Virus record (IMG/VR): IMGVR_UViG_3300034101_006325
Coordinates: 32,001 to 96,000 of that record
DNA from: a virus
Taxonomy: Duplodnaviria; Caudoviricetes
DNA: 64,000 nucleotides
Strand: one strand, 5' to 3'
A program made the translations under genes and the position numbers. Positions 9,247-19,109 of the stretch are shown here, piece after piece; within the stretch, counting starts at the first letter, position 1; each line of letters begins with the position of its first letter. The notes beneath the pieces are model-generated. The model worked only from the letters and a program-made list of their open reading frames with translations. It was not told where the DNA came from and ran no database searches.

Positions 9247-10251
9247 TCACAGAACTTGAGCTGCAATTAAACAGCCTCTAGCAACAGCATGCAGAGGATC
9301 GGCAGCATGTCGAACTTCCTTGACTGGCAGTGGGAAATTGTTCTCCTTTAACTTTGAAGCAAACATTTCGACAAAACCTTTGGCCTTTGAGGTGCCTCCG
9401 GCGACGACGACGGGTAGAGCATCTTTAAATTTTGGCAATGATTTGTGGCCATCCATTGCGGCTGCAAGCTGCTTCGTAGTATAATCGATGAGACGTTCAT
9501 AATAGGCAGCAACTGCAGCAAGGACTTGATTGTCATTAGGTTGACCGACGGTGAAATCGCCTGATTCTTTCTCAGCTTGGACAATTGAATCAGCCTCACC
9601 CGTGGCGACTGCAGACATGCGATCTACCCAGTCACCGCTCTTAGTAGTTGAAAACTTGACTACAGGCTCACCATTGAGCATAACACAAACATTGACCATG
9701 CCAGCTCCCCACGAGAGACAAACACCCGTATAGTCATCCTTATCAAGTTCGGAATAACAAAGAGCCTCTGCCTCATTTATTGCTCTTGCAGAATAGCCTA
9801 CTTCAGTTAGAAGTTTAACGATGACGTCTTCATGATACCCAACATCGAAATCATCATCTTCTTGATCGATCGGTTGTGCTGGGACACAGAACACAAGTTT
9901 TTCTCCTTCTTCGCTTGGTTTTCCAGCAACTTCTTTAAGGATAAAAGTCAAAATTTTTCTCGCATCTTTTTCTTTGGACGAGACGACGCCACGGTACATT
10001 GGTCTCTTTGCGGAGTCATTTCTCTCCACAGCTTTTTCAATTGCATCGGCACCGAGCAGAATAAATGAACCATCAGAGTCTTTAACAAATGTTTTTCCTG
10101 TAAGACCTTTTTCGATCATCTTTGTAGCAATTGGTGTGGTTGGCTTGATAACATAAAAAGCATCCCTAAAATCTTTATAGTTGACCTTTCCTTTGTTTCC
10201 TTCCGAAGCTAGAACAATGAATGATGTACCTACGTCTAAACCCTTAGCCAT
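9247..10251 (-). CDS. actin-family ATPase (volactin-like)
   Basis: GLDVGT (phosphate 1), INEAEA (connect 1), SWGAGMVNV (phosphate 2), VVAGGTS (adenosine), HAVARG (connect 2). Confidence 0.9.
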   Translation of the reverse strand: MAKGLDVGTSFIVLASEGNKGKVNYKDFRDAFYVIKPTTPIATKMIEKGLTGKTFVKDSDGSFILLGADAIEKAVERNDSAKRPMYRGVVSSKEKDARKILTFILKEVAGKPSEEGEKLVFCVPAQPIDQEDDDFDVGYHEDVIVKLLTEVGYSARAINEAEALCYSELDKDDYTGVCLSWGAGMVNVCVMLNGEPVVKFSTTKSGDWVDRMSAVATGEADSIVQAEKESGDFTVGQPNDNQVLAAVAAYYERLIDYTTKQLAAAMDGHKSLPKFKDALPVVVAGGTSKAKGFVEMFASKLKENNFPLPVKEVRHAADPLHAVARGCLIAAQVL

Positions 10252-10309
10252 TATTTTGATTCTCCTGTTAGTAATCGCAACGAGAAATTAAATTGTATGA
10301 ATGACAATA

Positions 10310-10624
10310 TTACTTGCTTTTTTTCAATTGTGCAAGTCTATTGACAGAATTTTCAATGTCGTCCTCGACGGAAGAATTCTTCCCGAGCGAAACATTTGAT
10401 TTTTGAAAATCATCGGAAGATACGTTTGTGACAAATTTAGCGTCATCTATCTTGATTGATTTTAAACGCTTGAGTTCAACAGATTCATTTTTTTTAAAAA
10501 TGCTGTCAGAATCAGAGTGAATAATTTGTTTACCTTGAGTATTTCTCCCAAGCAAAAATCCTAGTATAAAACTAAATTGAGCAATTAAAAATGCAACCAG
10601 AATATTATTCACGTTAACCAACAT
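10310..10624 (-). CDS. single-pass membrane protein, putative partner of the actin homolog
   Basis: N-terminal hydrophobic helix ILVAFLIAQFSFILGFLLG, polar tail ending SVNRLAQLKKSK; directly upstream, same strand. Confidence 0.65.
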   Translation of the reverse strand: MLVNVNNILVAFLIAQFSFILGFLLGRNTQGKQIIHSDSDSIFKKNESVELKRLKSIKIDDAKFVTNVSSDDFQKSNVSLGKNSSVEDDIENSVNRLAQLKKSK

Positions 10625-10675
10625 TATAATTTAAAGTTTCAATTATACAATTGACCAAAATTAATATTTAACAAC

Positions 10676-11245
10676 ATGAAAACGAAACATGATCGCATTA
10701 TAGAAGAAAATTTCGGTATGCCTCTTGACTACGACGCAAAAATTGGTAAAAAAATTGGTGATGAATATGCTGGTGAACCAGCAGTTGGTGTCAGAGACAT
10801 GCGCGAAGAGGGCATTTGTTCAGAATGTGGCACAATGCCTGTTGAAGGAGAATGTGAATGCGGTTGCATGTTGGACGACGAGATGTGTTCAGGCTGCGGT
10901 ATGAATGCTTCCGATTGTATGTGCGGCGTCGAAGTAGATGCTTGTCCAGTATGTTCAATGATGCCTATTGATAATTCGTGTGGCTGTGATTCATCTTATG
11001 AAGCTGAGGCGCCAAAATTGTGTGAATGCGGTGCAAATTTAAGCGAAGGTGAAATTTGCGAATGCGGAATGAATGAGGCCAAGAAAAAGAAAGGGCCTAC
11101 CAAAAAAACTGCACAAAAGATTTTGCGTGGTACCAAAACATTTAAAGACAAGATGAAAAAAGTATCAGGATGGGCCAAAGATCCTGCAGCAGGAGCCGCT
11201 TGGATGATGCATAAAGCTACGGGAAAATGGCCATCAGAAAAATAA
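10676..11245 (+). CDS. Cys-rich hypothetical protein
   Basis: 17 Cys in CxxC/CxC pairs over about 85 aa, basic C-terminus; ATATTTA 5 nt before the ATG. Confidence 0.75.
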   Translation: MKTKHDRIIEENFGMPLDYDAKIGKKIGDEYAGEPAVGVRDMREEGICSECGTMPVEGECECGCMLDDEMCSGCGMNASDCMCGVEVDACPVCSMMPIDNSCGCDSSYEAEAPKLCECGANLSEGEICECGMNEAKKKKGPTKKTAQKILRGTKTFKDKMKKVSGWAKDPAAGAAWMMHKATGKWPSEK

Positions 11246-11249
11246 ACAA

Positions 11250-12302
11250 TTACAATTTTCCATGTGGTCCATTTTCTTGGACCCCATTGGATGTAATCTG
11301 AACAAATTTTGATTTTGAACGAAGTTCTCTAATTGTTTGAGCACCAGAATAAGAAAGCCCTGACTTAATACCTTCGAGTAAATCTGTCAGGGTGTTCTTT
11401 AATTCGCCTTTATAAGGTATGAGCGTTGTTTCTCCCTCTGTGACTGAAACTTTTCCTCTCCACTCAAGCTGAGCTTCGCGTGAAGCCATGCCTCTAAAAT
11501 TCTTATAAATTCTGTTATCTTTTGTGATCAACTCACCGGGCGATTCATCGTGTCCTGCAAGAATAGATCCTAGCATAATCATGTCAGCTCCTGCTGCAAG
11601 AGCTTTCACAGCATCACCGCTGTTTCTAATTCCTCCATCAGCAACAATCAAAACATCTCTATCGGACTTTGCACAGTCCATAATTGACTGCAAGGTAGGA
11701 ATGCCATGACCTGTCCTAATTCTTGTTGTGCACATGGAACCACCACCAATTCCTACACGCAAAGAATCTGCGCCCCAGTCGGCAAGGTCATTAAATGCAT
11801 CAAGTGTTGCAATATTGCCTGCCATGATATGAATATCATTACTGTAGATTTTTCTTAAAGATTCCAAAGCACGTCTTGTATGACCATGATGACCATGAGC
11901 AACATCAATACAAAATGCTCTACAGCCTGAGGCATGTAGTTCAGCTGCACGTTCCAGATAATCTCCTGTCGCACCAATTGCAACCATGATATTGTTTTCA
12001 TTTGACTTATTCGTTACAAGCTTTTTTGTTTGCAAATATTCACGATTTGCCTCATCGATAGAGCAATATCGATGAAGAACGCCAAATCCTCCTGCGTCAG
12101 CCAAAATAGAAGCCGAAGATGGACTAATTACTGTGTCCATAGGCGAGCCTACAATTGGACATAAAAGATTTGATTGTTTGGCTGTTAGTCTTGCAAAAGT
12201 CTCGTCAAAACCAGGCACAGACAAATCCACTGATGACCTGGTTTCAATTTCTGAGTATTGTGGGACGAGCAGGACATCATCAAAACAAACAGCTCTTTGC
12301 AT
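11250..12302 (-). CDS. IMP dehydrogenase / GMP reductase family (no CBS domains)
   Basis: [58 protein letters not shown]; start placed at MQRAVCF. Confidence 0.92.
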   Translation of the reverse strand: MQRAVCFDDVLLVPQYSEIETRSSVDLSVPGFDETFARLTAKQSNLLCPIVGSPMDTVISPSSASILADAGGFGVLHRYCSIDEANREYLQTKKLVTNKSNENNIMVAIGATGDYLERAAELHASGCRAFCIDVAHGHHGHTRRALESLRKIYSNDIHIMAGNIATLDAFNDLADWGADSLRVGIGGGSMCTTRIRTGHGIPTLQSIMDCAKSDRDVLIVADGGIRNSGDAVKALAAGADMIMLGSILAGHDESPGELITKDNRIYKNFRGMASREAQLEWRGKVSVTEGETTLIPYKGELKNTLTDLLEGIKSGLSYSGAQTIRELRSKSKFVQITSNGVQENGPHGKL

Positions 12303-12348
12303 ATATGATGTTATACACAAAGAGCTGAAAGATTTATCAGGCTAAATT

Positions 12349-12936
12349 TCATGGATGAGCTTGTAGCTCTGCGCACTCTTCACAGACAGCAGGATAACCC
12401 TGTCCACCTTGAGCCTCAAATTTAGATTTTTCCTTAGATGACATCATGCTGTCGCAGCTTGGACATACAGGTCTATCCATGCCTGGTGGCTTCGTAGGAT
12501 GCATAAATGCGTCATCACGACCCGCCATCATTCCGTGAGAAGCTTCTTCCACGTAGCCCCAATTGCCGCTCTTCCACGCGTCCATCTCATTTTGTGTTAT
12601 TCGCTTGTAAGATTCGTTGAGTTTCTTCGACTCTTGCATCTGAGGCTCGAGCTCGGCAACTCCCGTCAAATAATCATAGACATGTTGCAGATCGTTGTGC
12701 GATGTTGCAACTAAATCTTGAACCCAGCCAGGTAGTTGATCATCATTGTTTAAAAGACTGCATAGTTCAGAAGCCATTTTCTTCATTGACGACATCCTGG
12801 CCTTGAGCATATAACCCTCATCATCCATTGGGTGGCCAGATTCGCTTCCATGTAGAAATCGAGACGTATCGTCCGTCTTGACTAGCGATATTTCTTCTTT
12901 GATAAGCTTCTTAAGCTGTGTAAGCGTAATTTTCAT
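12349..12936 (-). CDS. leader-motif protein with C-terminal CxxC...CxxC zinc ribbon
   Basis: MKITLTQLKKLIKEE; CPSC...CEEC. Confidence 0.7.
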   Translation of the reverse strand: MKITLTQLKKLIKEEISLVKTDDTSRFLHGSESGHPMDDEGYMLKARMSSMKKMASELCSLLNNDDQLPGWVQDLVATSHNDLQHVYDYLTGVAELEPQMQESKKLNESYKRITQNEMDAWKSGNWGYVEEASHGMMAGRDDAFMHPTKPPGMDRPVCPSCDSMMSSKEKSKFEAQGGQGYPAVCEECAELQAHP

Positions 12937-12945
12937 TATTTTCCC

Positions 12946-13506
12946 TCAAATCATTGCAGAATTTGCGCATCTCTGCTTCAAGAGATACACGTGACCTTCG
13001 TGTTTATCTGCAATATCTTGCAGCATATTGTCGACGCCGTTGGTTAAAAGACCACATTCTTCCAAAGAAGACCTACAGCTGTCGACAACCTTGAGGAAAT
13101 TTAGTTCCACCATTAAAGATTTTCTCGCCAAGTCAGAAGACTGTGGAATTGTCGAGCCTGAACCAACGCCGGATAAAAGTTTTAATACTTGCGAGTGTAT
13201 TATTTGAGGATTGACATTTGAAGTGCAGCCTAGACCCACAGCCTTTTCTGCTACAGGATCAATTTCTGCATCGACTGCTTCGTACAAACGAGAGAACAAA
13301 AGATGATCTCCGTAGAATGGATCTCCCATGCATGTCCAATGATGATTTTCATGAACTGTTGCAAGAAACTTTAAGTACACAAGCACAACTGAAAGTTGAG
13401 AATAGGATAGACCTCCCCATTCTGCCATCATATTGTCCAAGATGACATCGTGATTAGGTTCTACAACAACAAGCATTTGGTGAAAATTTTCTTTCAATTT
13501 CTTCAT
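12946..13506 (-). CDS. ferritin/Dps-like four-helix protein
   Basis: HENHHW...FYGDHLLFSRLY...AEKAVG...DKHEGHVYLL pattern. Confidence 0.75.
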   Translation of the reverse strand: MKKLKENFHQMLVVVEPNHDVILDNMMAEWGGLSYSQLSVVLVYLKFLATVHENHHWTCMGDPFYGDHLLFSRLYEAVDAEIDPVAEKAVGLGCTSNVNPQIIHSQVLKLLSGVGSGSTIPQSSDLARKSLMVELNFLKVVDSCRSSLEECGLLTNGVDNMLQDIADKHEGHVYLLKQRCANSAMI

Positions 13507-14684
13507 TACTTAAGCTCCACTTGAAATCTAACAGTATTTGATTCTACGGGATGCCAATTTAGACGATAAGGTTGTTGCATGAGATTACGTCTAGAATTCC
13601 AATGTTTTACATAAACATCGATAGCTTTTTCATCTAATTGACGCATTGTATTCGTAGGTAGTGTGGCTTCCATGGGAGCAATCAGTCTTGCGTAGCTTTC
13701 ATTAATTCCCAGTGATTTTCCAGGATTTGCAACTGATCCTTTTTTTACTTGAAAAAGATCCTCAAATGATTTCATGTAAGTAGATGGAATTGACCTTGTT
13801 TCCAAAAGATTTTTGACTGGATCAATTTTTTCTTCAATTATCGGCATGACATCTGGATTATAATCGCTCATAAACCTGAGATTCGATGCTATGCTTTTCA
13901 AGGCATTTTCTTGCATGTCATCGCTTGCTGTTTTTGGCATTGTGCTTGCGACAATTGCCGATTTGTCACGAATTTCCATGTGTTTGTAAACAGACTTTAA
14001 AAGCTTGTCATAATCAACTTCTATGCCTTGTGACTTGTAGGAATCTACTAGGCGATCAACAGTCTTTTCTTCCCAGTTTCCTTCAAGGTTATTTCCGTAT
14101 GCTGTTGGGCCATTGATGATCTTGTGTGCTTGCGTGTCATACCACGCATCTGTAAAGCCAGGATCTTCAACGCCTTCGTATGCGTCACTCAGAGGAAATT
14201 CACCGTATAAGTCGAAGTGTTTTTCAACAGCTTTGGGCGTAGGAAGGCCAGATTCTTGCAATTTTTTTTGTTGTGATATGGCCATCAGCTGATCATCTGC
14301 TGGGAATCTTCTGACCATTTCAGAAACAAGATTACGCGAAAGTCGATTGGCAACAGCAGCTCTAACTGCAGGACTCATGTCGAACATCATTTTTTGCACC
14401 AATTCTTCAGGAAGCAAACGTGCAACTAATTTCCTGACAACAGGAAATTCAGAATTTGCAAATTTTAGCAGCGTAGATGTCTTCACAGGGCCAGGTGAAC
14501 GGCCAGTTTTTTCAAGAACATCGAGCTGATTATTGGCAGACTCTGCCATTAACTTTAAACCATGCGTCACAAGAACAGTCGGCCCTATTGCATTTCTGAC
14601 TTCTGTCTTAAAGGCTTCAATTCTTTTTTCTTCGCTGACTACTTTGCTGGCAACTTTTTGCAGCTTTTCAAGCTTCAATTGCAT
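13506..14684 (-). CDS. hypothetical protein with HEAT-like repeats, probable late/virion protein
   Basis: VRKLVARLL / VRAAVANRL repeats; ATAATTA element and AGGAG upstream. Confidence 0.55.
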   Translation of the reverse strand: MQLKLEKLQKVASKVVSEEKRIEAFKTEVRNAIGPTVLVTHGLKLMAESANNQLDVLEKTGRSPGPVKTSTLLKFANSEFPVVRKLVARLLPEELVQKMMFDMSPAVRAAVANRLSRNLVSEMVRRFPADDQLMAISQQKKLQESGLPTPKAVEKHFDLYGEFPLSDAYEGVEDPGFTDAWYDTQAHKIINGPTAYGNNLEGNWEEKTVDRLVDSYKSQGIEVDYDKLLKSVYKHMEIRDKSAIVASTMPKTASDDMQENALKSIASNLRFMSDYNPDVMPIIEEKIDPVKNLLETRSIPSTYMKSFEDLFQVKKGSVANPGKSLGINESYARLIAPMEATLPTNTMRQLDEKAIDVYVKHWNSRRNLMQQPYRLNWHPVESNTVRFQVELK

Positions 14685-14739
14685 GAAACAAGACTCCTAG
14701 CATCTAATTATAATCCTGTTTCGTTGTTTTTAAAAAGAA

Positions 14740-15270
14740 TTACATCTCGACAAACAATGACCAATCTTCGTGCCATGACGTAGGTCTAGACAAATCCCAA
14801 TAATGAAATGCATTAGGTTCTACAGGCTGTTTTAAAAGTTTCATGCCAGCCTCTTCCGGCGTTCTATTGCCTTTATTATTGTTACAACGCCTGCAAGCTG
14901 CAACACAATTTTTCCAAGTTGTTCCGCCGCCGCGCGAAGCAGGCTGAATATGATCGACAGTTATGACTGCATAATTGAGGTCAATTCCACAATATTGACA
15001 TTTCCATGAGTCACGATTGAAAAGAACTTTTTTCTGAAATCTTGGCGGTTTTCTATATGAACGCTTGTTGACATAATACTTAAGTCGCAATACGGCGGGA
15101 AGTCTAAATTCTCGTGTCGGCGTGTTAATGCAATCATCCCAATAGGAAGGCAAACCAGTAAGACCTGAAGCAACTTCGACTCGGTCTTTGAGCATCAATT
15201 TAATTGCTCTGCTGCCATCGATAAATTGCAAAGGTTCGCCGTTACAGTTCAGAAGAAGTGACCGATTCAT
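14740..15270 (-). CDS. HNH endonuclease (McrA-like)
   Basis: RDSWKCQYCG, TVDHIQPASRGG, NCVAACRRCNNNKG; start placed at MNRSLLLN. Confidence 0.9.
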   Translation of the reverse strand: MNRSLLLNCNGEPLQFIDGSRAIKLMLKDRVEVASGLTGLPSYWDDCINTPTREFRLPAVLRLKYYVNKRSYRKPPRFQKKVLFNRDSWKCQYCGIDLNYAVITVDHIQPASRGGGTTWKNCVAACRRCNNNKGNRTPEEAGMKLLKQPVEPNAFHYWDLSRPTSWHEDWSLFVEM

Positions 15271-15289
15271 AACGGTTCCTCCTTGAAGC

Positions 15290-16120
15290 TTAAATATCGA
15301 CGTTCCCAGCGATCTGTGGCGCTCCATACTGCGATTTTCCAACTTTTGCATGAAGATTCGGAAGAATATCCCCTGTAAAACGACCATGTGTGTGGCCAGA
15401 CAATACAGTAAACTGTGTGTTAGGATATGTTTTAGCCGCAGATAATAACATTTCACCCATCATTCTTGATGTATACCACGGGATCACTAGTTCCGAATCA
15501 ATGCTGTCGAACTTTTCTTTCGTATAAGACTCAACAAAAGGCGGGAAATGAGTTGCGATAATCAAATGATCAAAATCGTCTACTGTGGCTTTTATTCCCT
15601 TGAACACATGAGAAACTGATGCTTTGCAAATTGATCTCGCTATTTGCAGAATAATTCCTTTGTCAAGCGATCTGCCCATGACTGTTGGTCGAACGGCAGG
15701 CGCAAAATCACTAATTTTAAGCCAATCATTCATTATAATTTCGCTGTCGGCAACATTACCATTGATACCATCATACCAGCCATCAGATCCAATAAGAACA
15801 GTCGAGTTATTCAGTTTAACATATGGAACTGCACCAAGGTATTTAGAAAAAGAAAGGTACCTGCATGCTTCAGTTACTTTTCTCCTTGTCTCAAGAATAT
15901 TCGAAAAATAATAATCATGATTTCCCATTACGAAATAAATGGGTTTATTCAGAGAACTCTCCAACTGCTTCAGATGCTGTACTATCGAAGTACCCACTGA
16001 AATATCACCCGTAATAATCACGGCTTCTGATGAGCCGGCTTCCAAATTTAATCTTGCAATTGTATCTCGAAGATTGTCTACACAATCAAGATGTATATCT
16101 GTAAACCAAGCAATTTTCAT
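15290..16120 (-). CDS. calcineurin-like metallophosphoesterase (CpdA/Icc-like)
   Basis: TDIHLD, ITGDIS, MGNHD, ATHFPP, SGHTH. Confidence 0.9.
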   Translation of the reverse strand: MKIAWFTDIHLDCVDNLRDTIARLNLEAGSSEAVIITGDISVGTSIVQHLKQLESSLNKPIYFVMGNHDYYFSNILETRRKVTEACRYLSFSKYLGAVPYVKLNNSTVLIGSDGWYDGINGNVADSEIIMNDWLKISDFAPAVRPTVMGRSLDKGIILQIARSICKASVSHVFKGIKATVDDFDHLIIATHFPPFVESYTKEKFDSIDSELVIPWYTSRMMGEMLLSAAKTYPNTQFTVLSGHTHGRFTGDILPNLHAKVGKSQYGAPQIAGNVDI

Positions 16121-17100
16121 AAAGACCGGCCATATCTGACGGCAGGAGTCATCTTAAAATCAAAATTAATTGTTGCTCTATTGGCGTCCAAAATGCAAGG
16201 TGCTCCCATCGGTATGGGGCACGTATATTTGCCATGAGAAAAACTCACGCCATAAATACAAGGTGGTCCATCTTTCAAATATTGAAGAATTACTTCTTCA
16301 AGAGTCGCGGCATCATTTCCATAGCCTTCTTTTTTAGGAAGGTCAAAAAATTCTCCCAATACTATCCCAGCGAGTTTGTTAAGAACACCAGCAAGCTTAA
16401 GATGTAAAAGCATCCTTGAAAGTTCCATAGAACTAGTTTTTGTGTCCTCAAGAAAAAGTATAGTATTTTCAACATCTGGAAAGTAGTCTGTTCCAATTAA
16501 ATGTACGAATGTGTTGAAATTTCCACCTATCGCACAACCTTTTGCAATGCCTGGCGATACAGTTCGCGGCTGCATTTCATTTATACAAAAAGGCTTATCT
16601 CCCCAGTGTTGTTCTGACATGAGAAGTTCTAAGGCTAACTTAAGAGAAGTTGTATCACATTCTACTGCAGTATTGCCTTTGTCGCATCTTACAGCTGCTC
16701 CTCTGCCATTAATTGTAACAAGTCTAGCTTTTGTCAATATTCCCATTGATATTGAAGTATTATCAGACTTGCCAAGAAAAGGCTTTTGAGATTTTCTTAT
16801 AGTATCAAAATTAAGATAAGGAAGCAAAGCTGCAGCTCCTTCGCCCCCGCGTGCAGCAATTACAGCCGAAATATTGGGATCTGAAAATGCCCAGTTGAGT
16901 TCTTCAGCTCTTTCTTGAACACTTGCAGAATTATGAATTGTCGTCCTTAAATTCTTAACACATGGGCCTAGAATAGGATTGAGACCACATTCTCTTATTG
17001 CATCCAATCCTGCTAACAATTCATTTGACATGAAAGTAGCAGATGGTGCAACAACTGCAACATTGCTTCCTGCACGAACTCTTTTTGGTGGTATGTACAT
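16117..17100 (-). CDS. LD-carboxypeptidase (peptidase S66, LdcA/MccF family)
   Basis: VVAPS, RGGEGA, FLGKSD (Ser), LFLED (Glu), FSHG (His). Confidence 0.9.
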   Translation of the reverse strand: MYIPPKRVRAGSNVAVVAPSATFMSNELLAGLDAIRECGLNPILGPCVKNLRTTIHNSASVQERAEELNWAFSDPNISAVIAARGGEGAAALLPYLNFDTIRKSQKPFLGKSDNTSISMGILTKARLVTINGRGAAVRCDKGNTAVECDTTSLKLALELLMSEQHWGDKPFCINEMQPRTVSPGIAKGCAIGGNFNTFVHLIGTDYFPDVENTILFLEDTKTSSMELSRMLLHLKLAGVLNKLAGIVLGEFFDLPKKEGYGNDAATLEEVILQYLKDGPPCIYGVSFSHGKYTCPIPMGAPCILDANRATINFDFKMTPAVRYGRSL

Positions 17101-17122
17101 GTCTTTAAATATTCAGACAAAG

Positions 17123-17383
17123 TCAAACAGAAATTTGAGTTAGTTTGTTTTTAATTTGATCAATAATCTCAAATGTTTGTGAATATTCCAGCCGTGCTTG
17201 TGCAAGTCGATTGGTCATCTTTTGCTTTTTTGAGGCATCCCATTTTTTTGAACTTTTGCGATTCATAATGTCTTCATATCTTTCAATCTTTCCTTTTGTG
17301 TCAATTTGAATCTTTGTAAATTGATCAAGCAGATTATCAAGATATTCTTTTTCTGAAATAGCTTTTTTCTTAACAGTTTTCAT
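17123..17383 (-). CDS. hypothetical basic coiled-coil protein
   Basis: 86-aa ORF in operon context. Confidence 0.6.
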   Translation of the reverse strand: MKTVKKKAISEKEYLDNLLDQFTKIQIDTKGKIERYEDIMNRKSSKKWDASKKQKMTNRLAQARLEYSQTFEIIDQIKNKLTQISV

Positions 17384-18147
17384 TACAACCTCTCTATCAT
17401 TTTATTAAAAATTTCTTCGTCTTTCTCGACGACAATAAATTTTCTGCCTAATTTTCTTGCAGAAAATGCAGTTGCTCCACTGCCAGCAAAAGGATCAACA
17501 ACGATGTCACCTGGGTCGGTGTGGACTTCAATAGGGATCTCAACGACACGTTCAGCTTTTTGGGTAGGATGCAATTTACCTCTAAATATTTCAGTAACGT
17601 CTGTCCAGACATTTGTTCGACGATAGAACTCACTCTTAGCTGGATACTTTTCATTGTAACCAGCATACCCTCTCTTCGTCTCGAGGAGCGGGATGTTGAA
17701 CTTTAAAGGCTTCTTTGGATTTCCCTTGATGAAGTAGGCGAGTTCTTCACGCGTAAAGAGATAGTTGTTTTGGACTCCATACGCACGCTTCTTTGACCAG
17801 GTAATGAGATTGGCCATCTTAAAGTTATCATCTTCAACTCTCGTGAGATACTTGATGAAAGGACGGAAATCAGGAAGTCCAATACCTCCCCAGACATAGA
17901 ATGCTCCTCCTTGAAGTAGAACCTCCGACCACAATCGTGTCCATTGGATCATGTGGTCGGCATATTGGTCGTCAGTCGTCTTTACCCGATCCCATTCCTG
18001 CATGACTATGTTGCCATAAGGAGGATCAGTTGCGATCAGAGGTACTCCTCCGGTTTCGCCTAGCCACGCTTTAACTTCTTCAATTGTATCTCTTGAAGAA
18101 GAATCGCCATTAATAGCAAGTCCATCTTTAAACTCAACTTTCTTCAT
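17383..18147 (-). CDS. DNA N6-adenine/N4-cytosine methyltransferase (beta class)
   Basis: TDPPY near N-terminus, HPTQK, DPFAGSG near C-terminus. Confidence 0.92.
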   Translation of the reverse strand: MKKVEFKDGLAINGDSSSRDTIEEVKAWLGETGGVPLIATDPPYGNIVMQEWDRVKTTDDQYADHMIQWTRLWSEVLLQGGAFYVWGGIGLPDFRPFIKYLTRVEDDNFKMANLITWSKKRAYGVQNNYLFTREELAYFIKGNPKKPLKFNIPLLETKRGYAGYNEKYPAKSEFYRRTNVWTDVTEIFRGKLHPTQKAERVVEIPIEVHTDPGDIVVDPFAGSGATAFSARKLGRKFIVVEKDEEIFNKMIERL

Positions 18148-18569
18148 GTTGTTCTCCGCGCTCTCTTCTCAGAACATGGATCACAGGAAGTATGTATCCA
18201 ACCTCTAAAACTTTGTTGTTTGCCCGGATTGCCGCAGGTTTCACAAATTTTCATAGACATTGTCTCGGCAAAAGAAATGAAAGCTTCTGTGATATCGTCC
18301 CCACCCGTGACATAAAAACGAAGTCCTCCAAATTTTTCTTTAATTTGTTCTGCAACAACTTGAAGATTCTCTAGCTCTTCTGCGTTGTTGATATTTTTTG
18401 ATCGCCAGTCAATGTGAGATTGAATTTTGCTGCAGAGTGTATCTACCAGTTCAAACCAACCATCATCGCATTCTAACCCCCACATGTCAAGAGGTTCATC
18501 TTTATGTGTCGAAGTCTTAAAAATCTTGGGATATCTTTGGCGAAGCAATAGATCTTTTTCAGGCGACAT
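18144..18569 (-). CDS. conserved phage hypothetical protein with C-terminal zinc ribbon
   Basis: DGWFELV...QIKEKFGGLRFY...CETCG...C. Confidence 0.65.
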   Translation of the reverse strand: MSPEKDLLLRQRYPKIFKTSTHKDEPLDMWGLECDDGWFELVDTLCSKIQSHIDWRSKNINNAEELENLQVVAEQIKEKFGGLRFYVTGGDDITEAFISFAETMSMKICETCGNPGKQQSFRGWIHTSCDPCSEKRARRTT

Positions 18570-18615
18570 GTGTGGGATTATACAATGTCAAACGGAAAAA
18601 TTCAAAAATAAGAAA

Positions 18616-19098
18616 TTATGAATTTTTTTCCCAACTAGATGAAGTCTCATCGTCGACAATAGGACCGCCACCTGTCCATGTGTAACACGTGCGCATCGAA
18701 TGACACTTAAAATGATGCATCCAGCAATAACCTAGTGACTGCCAAGGCTCGCCAGAAGATATTGCTGCCATGATCTCGCTTTGTGGCATAATCTCACCAG
18801 GCATACACTCTATCATTCTCGGTGATACATCAAAAGCACCACAATTACCACACTTTGATTCTTTAGCGACATCGGAAGTCGTGTTCCAGTGTTCAGCTAT
18901 TCTTTCCCAATATTTCTCGTCGGATAGGTTTAGAGGACCATATTGAATGTGAGGAGCAGAAATTGCTTTATTTCTATTTAAAGTATTGAGCTTGAGATCT
19001 TGAGTTGCAGCTGGACAAGCAGCATCTTCTTGAATTACGGGAAGTCTTCTTATTTCTTCGCGTATCACTCTTCTTAGCTGTGTAATTGTTAATTTCAC
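18616..19098 (-). CDS. leader-motif protein with Cys/His-rich domain
   Basis: GTG start gives MKLTITQLRRVIREE; CGNC, CWMHHFKC...C. Confidence 0.7.
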   Translation of the reverse strand: MKLTITQLRRVIREEIRRLPVIQEDAACPAATQDLKLNTLNRNKAISAPHIQYGPLNLSDEKYWERIAEHWNTTSDVAKESKCGNCGAFDVSPRMIECMPGEIMPQSEIMAAISSGEPWQSLGYCWMHHFKCHSMRTCYTWTGGGPIVDDETSSSWEKNS

Positions 19099-19109
19099 TT
19101 GCAATTACC

